This document shows positions 1 to 8,742 of a stretch of 39,760 bases of DNA, piece by piece. Position 1 is the stretch's first letter; the number at the start of each line of letters is the position of its first letter. The position numbers were made by a program, and so were the translations under genes. The DNA comes from Candidatus Iainarchaeum sp. (GTDB taxonomy: Archaea > Iainarchaeota > Iainarchaeia > Iainarchaeales > UBA10191), in assembly GCA_030649735.1 (NCBI GenBank), contig JAUSFL010000049.1, positions 1 to 39,760 of the forward strand. The letters are read 5' to 3'. Under the pieces are notes generated by a model. The model was given only the letters and a program-made list of their open reading frames with translations, searched no databases and was not told the origin of the DNA.

Positions 1-2
1 AT

Positions 3-269
3 TTTCAGATTTGGAAAGATCAAACTTATACAACTACTAAGGAGAAAGATTGGCTTCAAAGATTGCAAGAGGCAGATGTCGTTTTTTTGGAAACCCTAAT
101 TGAAAATTATCTTAATTCTGAAGCAAATTTGGAAACATTAATTGAATATTTTAAGCTTAAAACAGAAAAACAGAATGAAGTATTCAAAAATATTGCAAAA
201 AATAATGTTGTAGAAACGAAAGAAGTTTGGTTTGCTTTAGAAAAGAAGTATAAACAAATAATGAAATAG
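3..269 (+). CDS. 3' end of a hypothetical protein (truncated by window start)
   Basis: Frame of ORF 63..269 is open back to position 3 (FQIWKDQTYTTTKEKDWLQRLQEAD...). Visibly AT-rich and convergent with the glycosyltransferase. Confidence 0.6.
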   Translation, partial: FQIWKDQTYTTTKEKDWLQRLQEADVVFLETLIENYLNSEANLETLIEYFKLKTEKQNEVFKNIAKNNVVETKEVWFALEKKYKQIMK

Positions 270-1412
270 TTAGCTTTTCTTTTCTGTTTCTTTAAACAAT
301 CTTTCAAACTTCCCCGCTATCTTCTTCCACTTGTAGTCTTCCGCAAACTTTACTGCATTCTTTCCCAACTTTTTCTGCAGCACTTTGCTTTTCAGCACTT
401 TCTCAATTTTTTCCGCGCAATCCTTCTCGTTGAACGGCTTGAACAAAAAACCATTAAAGCCGTCTTGTACTGCTTCTGGGTTGGCCATTGCGTCAGCAGC
501 AATTGCGGGCAAGCCAGCGGCCATGGCTTCGTAGTTGACTATGCCTTGGGTTTCAATTGTGGAGGCTGTCAAGTAGAGGTTGCAGCTTGCGAGTTTTAAG
601 GCGCGTTTTTCGCCGGAAATCATGCCTGCAAATTCAACTTTGTCCTTGACTCCTAATTGAATGCAAAGGCTTTCGAGGCCTTTTCTTGCAGGCCCGTCGC
701 CAATAATGACTAAACGCAAGTTTGGGAAGGCTTTTTCTAAAAGAGCGAAGCTTTTGACCAAGACTTCAATGTTTTTTTCAAAACTCACTCTGCCCATGAA
801 GACTAGCTTGAAATGCTTTGGGTCTTTTTTTGCTTTTTTTCCGGCTTTAAAGAATAATTCTTCAATTCCCCAAGGCAGTAAAACAGGCTTTTTCAAAAGC
901 CCGTGCTTTGTTAATTCAGAACTCATTACTTTGCTGTTTGCAAGGACAATGTTGCAGGAATTGTAAAAATTGCTTCCAAACTTCCACGCACTGTCCTTGG
1001 CAAACTGCGTGTTTTTAATCACTGGCAAAGGCAAGTACACTAGAAAGTCAGGCAGTAAAGTATTGTAATACCCAATTGAAGGAATCTTGCTTTTTTTCGC
1101 AAGCTTTAAGCCAAGCTTTCCAATAAAGAATGGAGTCTGGCAAAAAACCAAGTCAGGCTTAAACTCTTCAATTTGCTTCCAGGCAGAATGCTTCACAAAA
1201 AAGCAAACCCTATAATCCTTGTAAGTAGGCAAGGCAATTGAAGGACTGATTAGAACAGTCTTGCAGTTTTTTGGCTTCCAAGAAAAACTCCCACCATCAG
1301 GAGCGACTATCAAAAACTCGTGCTTTGGCAGTTCTTCCACAAGCTTCATTGTTCCAATAGTAACGCCATTAATCTGCGGCAAAAAAGAATCAGTAAAAAT
1401 AGCAATTCGCAT
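270..1412 (-). CDS. GT4 family glycosyltransferase
   Basis: MRIAIFTDSFLPQINGV N-terminus, GRVSFEKN, IIGDGP, ETQGIVNYEAMAAGLP (ExxGxxxxEA) motifs. Confidence 0.93.
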   Translation of the reverse strand: MRIAIFTDSFLPQINGVTIGTMKLVEELPKHEFLIVAPDGGSFSWKPKNCKTVLISPSIALPTYKDYRVCFFVKHSAWKQIEEFKPDLVFCQTPFFIGKLGLKLAKKSKIPSIGYYNTLLPDFLVYLPLPVIKNTQFAKDSAWKFGSNFYNSCNIVLANSKVMSSELTKHGLLKKPVLLPWGIEELFFKAGKKAKKDPKHFKLVFMGRVSFEKNIEVLVKSFALLEKAFPNLRLVIIGDGPARKGLESLCIQLGVKDKVEFAGMISGEKRALKLASCNLYLTASTIETQGIVNYEAMAAGLPAIAADAMANPEAVQDGFNGFLFKPFNEKDCAEKIEKVLKSKVLQKKLGKNAVKFAEDYKWKKIAGKFERLFKETEKKS

Positions 1413-1549
1413 GAGAAAAATAAGGAATTAAAGGCTTTTTTAACTAGGTGGTTCAAGGCTGGGGCTTAAGGTATTGGTTTCGTTTTCCTGACGCTGGGAA
1501 AATGATTATCTGGCTTGAATCCTGAATTTTTGCAGGCTTCATTGGTTTT

Positions 1550-1918
1550 CTAGCAGACTTTGATGTTAATACTGGAGTATTCTGGAATCGCATAGATTGT
1601 TTGCTTGAATCTTTTCAATGCCACTAGCCCTAGTTTTTTCAATTGGTTAATGTCCCTGCTTATGGCTTCCTGGTGCCTGTTTAGCTCTTTTGCTATCTGG
1701 CCTATTGATTGCGGCTTTTCTGCAGATTGATGCTCCATCAAATACTTTAGCAAGTCCATTCTTTTAGGCGATAAAAGCTTGTTCAATTGAGCGTAAGATT
1801 CCAAGTACAGCATATTCTTGGCTTGCTTAATCTCTGAAAATGGCTTATCGGAGAACAATTCATTAAAGTCTGAATCCATATCTGCCCCGATAGTTATCGT
1901 TAGTATCTTTCGCTTCAT
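1550..1918 (-). CDS. Winged-HTH DNA-binding protein (HVO_A0114-like), putative antitoxin
   Basis: LSPKRMDLLKYL...SIGQIAKELNRHQEAISRDINQLKKLGLV HTH. SD-like GAGG upstream; downstream of a small toxin-like gene. Confidence 0.75.
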   Translation of the reverse strand: MKRKILTITIGADMDSDFNELFSDKPFSEIKQAKNMLYLESYAQLNKLLSPKRMDLLKYLMEHQSAEKPQSIGQIAKELNRHQEAISRDINQLKKLGLVALKRFKQTIYAIPEYSSINIKVC

Positions 1919-1998
1919 TTCGCCTCGCCTCCTTTACTTAACAATTATGTTATATAACGCAGATATTAATAAACGTTCTGGTTTTAAAAAGCCAAAAC

Positions 1999-2334
1999 TC
2001 AATCAATCCACTTTTCAATGTATCTTCTTTTGTAATTTCTCCAATTGCTTTTCACATCATTTTTACAGTAATTGAATCCGACTTGATCGCACGCTATTCC
2101 TGCAAGCTTGATTCCTTTGGAATTAAGGGCCTCAAAGAATCTGTGAACGTGGCAAAAACCATGCGAAGTGTCAAATCTGATGATTTCGTGAGTTTTTTCT
2201 CCAGAATAATGCATTTGCAAAACACAAAAACTAAGAATTTCCTTGGTTTTTTTGTTGAACTCGATTCTAGTGATTAAAAAATCATTCAACGAGCCATCCA
2301 AAGGGCTTGTTTTTTCAAAAGTTTCAATTGCCAT
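1999..2334 (-). CDS. Small putative toxin (DUF7718/TumE-like)
   Basis: IIRFDTSHGFCHVHRF motif (RxDxxHxxxHxH), paired with the HTH gene. Family call from motif memory. Confidence 0.55.
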   Translation of the reverse strand: MAIETFEKTSPLDGSLNDFLITRIEFNKKTKEILSFCVLQMHYSGEKTHEIIRFDTSHGFCHVHRFFEALNSKGIKLAGIACDQVGFNYCKNDVKSNWRNYKRRYIEKWID

Positions 2335-2409
2335 TCCAACACTAGCCCAAAGTATTCACAAGTGATCAGTATTAAGATAGTCTCAAGCCAGATTTCCAGT
2401 CGTCAGGAG

Positions 2410-2670
2410 TCACAATTTCTTGCCTTTTTTCACTAGCGAGTCTAACTTTTGATTGGAGGCAATCCACACTATCTTGTTCTCCTTAGAGAATGTTATTTTG
2501 TTGGATTTTTCAAGGTATTGGATGATTACGTTGAATGTCTGATACTGCACTTGCTTTGGAAGAGTTCTCCACAAGCCATTTTTCGAAAGCTCAATCTTGG
2601 ATTTTTGGATGGCGTCTTCAACCATTATCACAGTGTCAAGGCGCGGGTAATGCAAAACAGCAGTTTCCAT
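2410..2670 (-). CDS. Small winged-helix protein
   Basis: LHYPRLDTVIMVEDAI...LWRTLPKQVQYQTFNVIIQYLEKSNKI, a helix-turn-helix-wing pattern. Confidence 0.7.
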   Translation of the reverse strand: METAVLHYPRLDTVIMVEDAIQKSKIELSKNGLWRTLPKQVQYQTFNVIIQYLEKSNKITFSKENKIVWIASNQKLDSLVKKGKKL

Positions 2671-2713
2671 GTATAAGTTTATACAAATACAAGTTTATAT
2701 AATTATGGTCTGG

Positions 2714-2753
2714 CTTACCCTCTATTTTAAAATAATATTAAATAGAGGGTAAG
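2714..2753. promoter_or_regulatory. 14-bp perfect inverted repeat between divergent wHTH and Fic genes (putative operator)
   Basis: CTTACCCTCTATTT (2714-2727), a 12-nt AT spacer, then AAATAGAGGGTAAG (2740-2753). Confidence 0.6.
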
Positions 2754-2784
2754 AGTTAAAAAGGCTTGCCTGCTTGAATAGTTC

Positions 2785-3777
2785 ATGGTCTATGTCTACA
2801 AGAAAATGATTGCCGGCAAGCCGTACTATTATTTGCGCGCTTCTTCAATAAGCAAGGGAAAGTCAGTAGTCAAGGACATTGCATACTTGGGGAATTCAAT
2901 AGAAAACGCAAAAAAAGAGATTGAACGACTGCCGCAATTTAAAGACAAGATTGAAAAATCTTACAGGAAAATCCGATTATTCCTTGAATCAAACCATTAC
3001 TTGGAAGGGGCCCAAAAGGCAAAGCTCAAGCATGACGATTTTCTCAAGGAAAATCAGGCAATTGTGGAAGCCTGCGCTTTGCACTACAATAAAGCATTCA
3101 AGAAACTTGATGCCTTGACCCAAAAGGAAATTCTTGACAATTTCATTGTAGAATACGCTTTCAACACCACGGCAATTGAAGGAAACACAATTGGGCTTAA
3201 AGAAGCAAGAGGCCTGCTTGAGGAAGGCCTGACTCCAAAAGACAAGACATTGAGGGAAATCCATGACTTGCAGAATACAAAAAGAGTCTTTGAATCACTA
3301 GACCTCAAGAGACAATTGTCCCGCGAGCTGATTAAAGAAATCCACGCCGGACTGCTTGAAAACATTGACTCAAGGAACGAATACCGCATCAGGGATATTA
3401 TGGTCACAAAATCAAGGTTCAAGCCAAGCCCCTACTATAAAGTGCGCGAGGACATGGACTTTCTCCTAGAATGGTTTGACAAGAACAAGAAACTGCATCC
3501 TTTCGTGCTTGCAGTGATTTTCCACCACAAGTTTGAGAAAATCCATCCGTTCATGGATGGAAATGGAAGGACTGGAAGAATGCTAATGAACTTCATACTC
3601 TTGAAAAACAATTATCCTCCAGAGATACTGCAGAAAAAGCACAGGAGCGAATACTTGGAAATACTGAATGAGGCAGACAAGGCATTCATTACAGAGGCAA
3701 AGCCAGAACATTATGCCGGACTGATTGCTTTCGCCACTGCAGAGCTTAACGAAACTTACTGGAACAATTTCCTGTGA
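2785..3777 (+). CDS. Fic family protein (class II, N-terminal inhibitory motif)
   Basis: HPFMDGNGRTGR Fic motif and TTAIEGN (S/T)xxxE(G/N) inhibitory motif. N-terminal beta-rich extension (GKPYYYLRAS...AYLG). Confidence 0.93.
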   Translation: MVYVYKKMIAGKPYYYLRASSISKGKSVVKDIAYLGNSIENAKKEIERLPQFKDKIEKSYRKIRLFLESNHYLEGAQKAKLKHDDFLKENQAIVEACALHYNKAFKKLDALTQKEILDNFIVEYAFNTTAIEGNTIGLKEARGLLEEGLTPKDKTLREIHDLQNTKRVFESLDLKRQLSRELIKEIHAGLLENIDSRNEYRIRDIMVTKSRFKPSPYYKVREDMDFLLEWFDKNKKLHPFVLAVIFHHKFEKIHPFMDGNGRTGRMLMNFILLKNNYPPEILQKKHRSEYLEILNEADKAFITEAKPEHYAGLIAFATAELNETYWNNFL

Positions 3778-3912
3778 ATTAAACAGTCTTTTGACCTTTT
3801 TCAGTCTGTTTGAACTGAAAGGGCAGGTACAACTTGTACCTATCCTTTGTGTGCTCTTCATTTTTGCCGAGTGAATTATCTAAATTAGTTGTATCTAAAT
3901 TGGGGACAACTG

Positions 3913-4341
3913 TTATTTTCCGACGATTTTCTTGTTTTTTTGAATGAATTGTTCTGCGCCTTCAAAAAGCTCGTTCAAGTCGTGCTCGATTTCAACTCTG
4001 ACAGTGTCGTACTGGACTTCTTGCCTTGTTTCCCGCAAAATGTCAAACAATGAAAGATCCCTGGCTTCAAAACCTTTTCCCAAATAATTTTCTTCCAAGT
4101 ATTTTTCAAGGCAGTAATGGCTTCTCTCTCCAAAACCATCATTGAACAAAATCGCCCGGCCAGCATGAAAAACAGCATTGTATAACGCAATCAATGCCAT
4201 TTCCTTCTTTTTTAAATTAATCAAGTCGTAAGCTTCATTAAGGAAGAATTCGGCCTGTTTCAAATCTTGAGTTGAAAACTTCGTGCTTTTCTCAATTTTC
4301 TTGAGCAATCCTTTCTCAAGGCAATCTTGGAATTTACTCAA
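3913..4341 (-). CDS. HEPN domain protein (MNT-HEPN pair)
   Basis: LYNAVFHAGRAIL...GERSHYCL...RQEVQY pattern. Overlaps the stop of the MNT gene. Confidence 0.85.
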   Translation of the reverse strand: MSKFQDCLEKGLLKKIEKSTKFSTQDLKQAEFFLNEAYDLINLKKKEMALIALYNAVFHAGRAILFNDGFGERSHYCLEKYLEENYLGKGFEARDLSLFDILRETRQEVQYDTVRVEIEHDLNELFEGAEQFIQKNKKIVGK

Positions 4342-4891
4342 TCATTTCACCAGAAAGCACTATTCCTTTGTAGTGGATCTGGTTGTAAAGTTCGTTGTTT
4401 TCTTTTTTTAAGCTTTCGAGCCTTTCGGCAGAAAACGAAAGTAGTTGGATTTCCTTGCCTAGCTCTTTCTCCATCGCAAGCTTGATTCCGCTAATTTTGA
4501 AAGAATCTGGCTTGCCTTTGAAAAAAAGTGCAATGTCAATGTCGCTTTGAGGGCTTATTTTGCCACTGGCAGCGCTTCCGAAAAGAATTATTGCCTCTGG
4601 CTTGAGGCCTTTTAATGCATTGAATTGCTTGCAGCCCATTATTTTCTGCGTCAGGATTAGCCGCAAGGCATTGTTTGCTAGCGGAGAGTCATAGTTTATG
4701 CTGAAGACTTTCCTGTTCTTTTGCATTGCAGAATTCACAAGCCTATTGTCTTCAAGCTTTTGCAATGCCTTAAATGCAGTGCTTGCAGGCATTCCAAGCC
4801 TTTCAGCAAGCTCGCGCAAGTGCCTATTGCCTGAAAGCGCAAGCTCTTCCAGAATCCTGAAGCAGAATTCATCAAAGATAAAATTGTTCAT
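4334..4891 (-). CDS. HTH-fused minimal nucleotidyltransferase (MNT antitoxin)
   Basis: N-terminal HTH (HLRELAERLGMPASTAFKALQKL) and FGSAASGKISPQSDIDI (GSx10DxD). Start moved to ATG 4891 because the ORF-track start lies in a palindrome. Confidence 0.88.
   Translation of the reverse strand: MNNFIFDEFCFRILEELALSGNRHLRELAERLGMPASTAFKALQKLEDNRLVNSAMQKNRKVFSINYDSPLANNALRLILTQKIMGCKQFNALKGLKPEAIILFGSAASGKISPQSDIDIALFFKGKPDSFKISGIKLAMEKELGKEIQLLSFSAERLESLKKENNELYNQIHYKGIVLSGEMIE
4379..4441 (+). repeat. 63-bp direct repeat, copy 1 (inside MNT gene)
   Basis: 59/63 identical to 5588-5650 by manual alignment. Confidence 0.9.
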
Positions 4892-4913
4892 AATAGAAAA
4901 CAAAACGTTTCCT

Positions 4914-4936
4914 AATAAAAACATAATGTTTTATTT
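4914..4936. promoter_or_regulatory. Palindromic operator upstream of MNT-HEPN
   Basis: AATAAAAACAT-A-ATGTTTTTATT, a perfect 11-bp inverted repeat just upstream of ATG 4891. Confidence 0.55.
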
Positions 4937-4975
4937 GGGAAATTTTACAATCTCTTGCCTTTTATCTGCGGTTTT

Positions 4976-5263
4976 TTAGCGCTTGTATACATTGTCGTGG
5001 TGTTCTAAACGGTCGAAGAGTATGAATTTTTCCTTCTTGAAGACTTTGAACAGCAAAACAAAGCTTTTGTCAATGTGCACTCTTTTGCAATCGCTTAAGC
5101 CGTGCTTTAGGTTTTTGTAAAAGTCAATTGCTGTTTCGTCCCTTTCTGCAATCTCGTCGATCTTTTTCATTACTGCCTCATATCGCTTATTGTCTTTCTT
5201 ATGGAGTTTTTTGAGAGTTTCTTCAAGCTCGTCGCTGAGGTCGTACTTGAAAGTCATTATCAT
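4976..5263 (-). CDS. RelE/ParE superfamily toxin (YafQ/RelE-like)
   Basis: KNLKHGLSDCKRVHIDKSFVLLFKV...LEHHDNVY, typical RelE/StbE pattern. Confidence 0.85.
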   Translation of the reverse strand: MIMTFKYDLSDELEETLKKLHKKDNKRYEAVMKKIDEIAERDETAIDFYKNLKHGLSDCKRVHIDKSFVLLFKVFKKEKFILFDRLEHHDNVYKR

Positions 5264-5520
5264 TCCTCTATGATTTTTCTCAAATCAAACGTTGTCCGGC
5301 TGCGAAAACCGTATTTTTTCATGTGCCTGTTGCAGGATTCAATTACTTCTTTCACAATTTCATCTTTGACTTCTTTGTCTACGAACTCGTCGCCGTACAT
5401 TTCAGCAAGCTTGTCCAATGCCTGGCCTTTATCCTTAAGGGCGTACTTTTCCTTTAGCACTCCCAAGACCCTGCTTGTGTAATCCTTGATTTTGACATTC
5501 ATATTCACAGAACCACTCAA
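5260..5520 (-). CDS. Antitoxin (DUF2683-like, RHH-type)
   Basis: NVKIKDYTSRVLGVLKEKYALKDKGQALDKL. Overlaps the toxin start; GGTGGTG SD upstream of TTG. Confidence 0.75.
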   Translation of the reverse strand: MSGSVNMNVKIKDYTSRVLGVLKEKYALKDKGQALDKLAEMYGDEFVDKEVKDEIVKEVIESCNRHMKKYGFRSRTTFDLRKIIEE

Positions 5521-5530
5521 CTAACACCAC

Positions 5531-5554
5531 CTAAGTTAAACTTAGTTAAACTAA
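5531..5554. promoter_or_regulatory. Overlapping palindromes (putative antitoxin operator)
   Basis: CTAAGTT-A-AACTTAG (5531-5545) and TTAGTT-A-AACTAA (5542-5554), next to a TTTAAA box. Confidence 0.55.
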
Positions 5555-5587
5555 TTTAAAAGGCTTTTGGTTTTTTCTTTAGGTTGG

Positions 5588-5650
5588 CTGGTTGTAAAGT
5601 TCTGTGTTTTCTTTTTTTAAGCTTTCGAGCCTTTCGGCAGGAAGCGAAAG
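5588..5650 (+). repeat. 63-bp direct repeat, copy 2 (intergenic MNT gene remnant)
   Basis: Minus strand reads LSLPAERLESLKKENTELYNQ versus LSFSAERLESLKKENNELYNQ in the MNT. Confidence 0.9.
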
Positions 5651-5680
5651 CATTTGAAGTTTGCTAAAAAAAGTGGGGTT

Positions 5681-7798
5681 TTACTTTGGGGCGAACATTT
5701 GCCCGATTCTGCCGAAGTCAATCAGGTTTTTGAACTGGCTTGACTCTGTTTCCAACTGTTCTGCTTGAGAGTCCAAAGTCCTTAGCGTTTCTTGGTCGTT
5801 GACTCCACTGCTTGCGAGTTTTTGCCTTACAGTGCGAAGTTCTGCAGCGCGTGAGCTTAATTTATTGGCGTAATCGCCGTTTCCAAAAACATAGCTGATT
5901 ACATCAAGCTTTTTCTTTTCTTGAGTCACTTTGTCTGCTGTATCTCCTAATTGGTTCGCCAATGCAGGGTCTGAATTGGCCCATTTGTCAGCCACTGCGT
6001 AAAGTCCATTGGTTGCGGCATTGCTTGAGTTAACCCCGAATTTTCTGCACATGCTGTCAACAATCATTCCAGCAACTTTTTCAGGAGAGCTTTTCATTTC
6101 ACTGCAAGAGCTTAAAGCCTGCTTTTTTGCCTCGCAGTCCAATGCAGATTCTGCCTCGCATTTCGCAATTTCAAGCTTGAAGCGCCCCATGTTGTTTAGT
6201 TCGCGCTGTGCTTCTTGACCGCACTGTAATTGAATTTCGTCAGTGCTTGGAGTTCCGCCGCTCATTTGCTTGGTGTAAATGTCAATTATTTCTTCATCGC
6301 TCATTTGGCAAAGTTGTTCAGGCCCGGGCATTACAAAATTGTTCACTTGCGGTTGCTGCGTTCCTTGGCCTTGCCCATAAGGCATTTGTTGCTCTTGTTG
6401 CGTTGGCTGTTGATTGTATTGCTGGTTTGGTTGTTGGTTTCCGTAAGGCTGCTGCTGTTGGCCGTAAGGCATTTGCTGTCCTTGCGGCTGCTGTGGATTG
6501 TATTGTTGTGGAGATTGTCCGTCAATTTGCTGTTCTGGCTGTTGTTGATTGTAAGGTTTCTGCTGTGGGTCGTAATTATAATTTCCCGAGTTTGGCATGC
6601 AGTCTTGCTGGCAGTTGGAATTATTCTCTCCCAAGTCTGGCTCGCATAAATTGTTTCCGCAAACTGCGGCCATTGTTACTGCGCCAGTTGCCGGGCTTGC
6701 AGTTTCAGTCGTAGTTGCTGGAGTTTCTGCTGGGACTGGCTCTGTAGTAGTTTGAGGCTGTTCCACTGGTGCTGGCTGTGGTTCAGTGACTGGCTGTGGC
6801 TGTTCTATCGGTTGTGGTGCTGGCTCTTGCTGTGGGCAAGTCCAGTTTCCATTCTGGCACATTGGCGCAGGGCCGCCTGGAGAACATTCTGGCGCCTGGC
6901 TTTGGCATACAATGTTTCCTGAAGAATCAGTTTGCTGCTGGTTTTGCTGTTGCATTTCTTTTTGTGGAGCGCCTTCGCAAACCCAATTTCCATTATTGCA
7001 TTTTGGCGCGGGCAGTGGATAACAGTCTGGGTGCGGTTCTTTGCAGGCTCCGCCTTGCGTTTGGCTTTGAGTCCTGTTGAATTGCTGGTTTTGGTAGTTT
7101 TGCTGCGCTTGAGGCCTTATTTCAATGTTTGGAAGCATTACATTTGGCATATTGCTTTTTGTTTGCTTTAAAAGCTCGCATTTTTTCTTGAATTCTGGAA
7201 GCTGGTCTTGAATTTTTTGCTTCACGCTTTCAATCATTGAGTTTTTTTCCGCTGTATTGGCGCTTCTTTGCTCAATGCACACTTTAGTGATCAAGTCTGT
7301 TGTAATGTCTTCTATTTTCAGGCTGGTTGGGTCATAGCCGAGCTTTTTTAAAATTGTAATCGCGTTTTGCGGCAGTGGAAGATTTCCTTGCTTGAATTTT
7401 GCGCAGAATGTTTTTGGATTGCAGGATTTTGCCTCTGTTTCAAAAGTCTTGCAGACTGTTGAGGTTTCTTGCGCCTTGCTTAAGACAGTAGTGATTTCTG
7501 TAATCAAGGCCGGCTTGTCGGTTTTGCAGCCTTGGGCAAATCTTGAACTGTTTAATGTAATCCAATTGTACGCTGTAGTCATGCTTTCAAGCATTCTTTC
7601 CTGCGCCACATATTCCGGGCTTGCAAAGCTTTGCTGTGGAATTCCAAAATCTACAGAGCCTGGCATTTTAATTTGGGACTGGACTGAATTTCCAGTGTTT
7701 CCTGCATTAGGCAGTGGGGGAATTGTTTCTTCAGCTAGCGCTGTTCCAAAAAAAAGCATGCAGGCGAGCATTACCAGAATTGTTTTTTTGCAATCCAT
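5681..7798 (-). CDS. Secreted Cys-rich, Gln/Pro-rich protein
   Basis: Signal peptide (MDCKKTILVMLACMLFFGTALA), two CxxxxPxC..PxCxNGNWxC modules, a P/T/E linker, CGNNLCEPDLGENNSNCQQDC motif, QQPY repeats. Confidence 0.85.
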   Translation of the reverse strand: MDCKKTILVMLACMLFFGTALAEETIPPLPNAGNTGNSVQSQIKMPGSVDFGIPQQSFASPEYVAQERMLESMTTAYNWITLNSSRFAQGCKTDKPALITEITTVLSKAQETSTVCKTFETEAKSCNPKTFCAKFKQGNLPLPQNAITILKKLGYDPTSLKIEDITTDLITKVCIEQRSANTAEKNSMIESVKQKIQDQLPEFKKKCELLKQTKSNMPNVMLPNIEIRPQAQQNYQNQQFNRTQSQTQGGACKEPHPDCYPLPAPKCNNGNWVCEGAPQKEMQQQNQQQTDSSGNIVCQSQAPECSPGGPAPMCQNGNWTCPQQEPAPQPIEQPQPVTEPQPAPVEQPQTTTEPVPAETPATTTETASPATGAVTMAAVCGNNLCEPDLGENNSNCQQDCMPNSGNYNYDPQQKPYNQQQPEQQIDGQSPQQYNPQQPQGQQMPYGQQQQPYGNQQPNQQYNQQPTQQEQQMPYGQGQGTQQPQVNNFVMPGPEQLCQMSDEEIIDIYTKQMSGGTPSTDEIQLQCGQEAQRELNNMGRFKLEIAKCEAESALDCEAKKQALSSCSEMKSSPEKVAGMIVDSMCRKFGVNSSNAATNGLYAVADKWANSDPALANQLGDTADKVTQEKKKLDVISYVFGNGDYANKLSSRAAELRTVRQKLASSGVNDQETLRTLDSQAEQLETESSQFKNLIDFGRIGQMFAPK

Positions 7799-7863
7799 TG
7801 CTGTAATTAGAAATTCACTAATATTTAAGCATTATTGCAGAATTCGCGTTTTAAGGCAAAATT

Positions 7864-8637
7864 TTACCTAATGTTCTCGTACTCTTTGGCGATTTCGCCG
7901 TTTTTGTAGAATTTTTTGGAATTTTCAAGCTGGAATTTCAAGAACTTCAAATACCCCATTTTTTTGACTCTGCGGGCGCTCGTGTAAACAACAAGTTTTG
8001 GATTGAAAACCACTTTCCCTAATTTTGAAACCCTGGAAAAAAACTCGTGGTCTTCGCAAGTAATGTAAGAAGTGTCCATGCCGTCTGCTTTTTTCCAAGC
8101 CCAAGTCCTGAACGCGTAATTGCTGTTTGCCGGGGCAAAAGTTCCAGTAAAATAGCAATAGCCCGCATAAGACGCCATAATGCTTCGGCTTAATTTTTTC
8201 TCAAGTTTTCCGGCGTCATGAATTCCTGAGACTCCAAAGACTGCAATAGTGTGCTTGCTGTCAATGAAAGTCTTCATTATTTCTTTTGCCCAGTTTTTTC
8301 CAATAATGCTGTCAGAGTCTGCAAAGGCAATTATTGGCGCGCGGGCCAGCAAGCTTCCGGCATTTCTTTCAAAAGCGCAATTCTTGTTTTTTTCAATAAT
8401 GATTCCATCAACCAATGGCTTGGCGATTTCCACAGTGCAGTCTTCAGAATTTCCGTCAGCAAGAATTATTTCCAAGCTTCCGCCAAAGTCTTGCGAGCGA
8501 ATGCTTTCAAGGCAGTCTTTAATGCGCTTTTCTTCATTCAAGGCAATGACTACAACGCTCAAGTCTGGCCTTGGGCCAGTCGGCTTTTTCACGACTTTTT
8601 TTGACTTGGTTAATGAAAGCCTTTTTTTAGAACTCAA
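7864..8637 (-). CDS. GT2 family glycosyltransferase
   Basis: SVVVIALNEE, ADGNSED, FADSD (DxD), CEDHEF, TSARR motifs. Confidence 0.92.
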   Translation of the reverse strand: MSSKKRLSLTKSKKVVKKPTGPRPDLSVVVIALNEEKRIKDCLESIRSQDFGGSLEIILADGNSEDCTVEIAKPLVDGIIIEKNKNCAFERNAGSLLARAPIIAFADSDSIIGKNWAKEIMKTFIDSKHTIAVFGVSGIHDAGKLEKKLSRSIMASYAGYCYFTGTFAPANSNYAFRTWAWKKADGMDTSYITCEDHEFFSRVSKLGKVVFNPKLVVYTSARRVKKMGYLKFLKFQLENSKKFYKNGEIAKEYENIR

Positions 8638-8742
8638 AATATCACGCCGGTTTTAATTAAGAAAGAGAAATTAGGGAATAAAAAGCCATCAGGTTCTTTC
8701 GTGAAAATAAGAAATAAAAAAGGCAAAAAGCCTTTTTTTCAA

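Noticed and set aside
3583-3911. 92-aa minus-strand ORF and TATCTAAATT direct repeats between Fic and HEPN
   Set aside because: The ORF mostly overlaps Fic antisense and has no recognisable motif. The repeats are short and AT-rich, so a cassette remnant cannot be supported.
6340-6830. Repetitive TGC/TGT/TGG-rich tract as a CRISPR array or DNA repeat element
   Set aside because: Explained by Gln/Pro codons of the 705-aa minus-strand gene. There is no constant repeat-spacer periodicity and no cas genes in the window.
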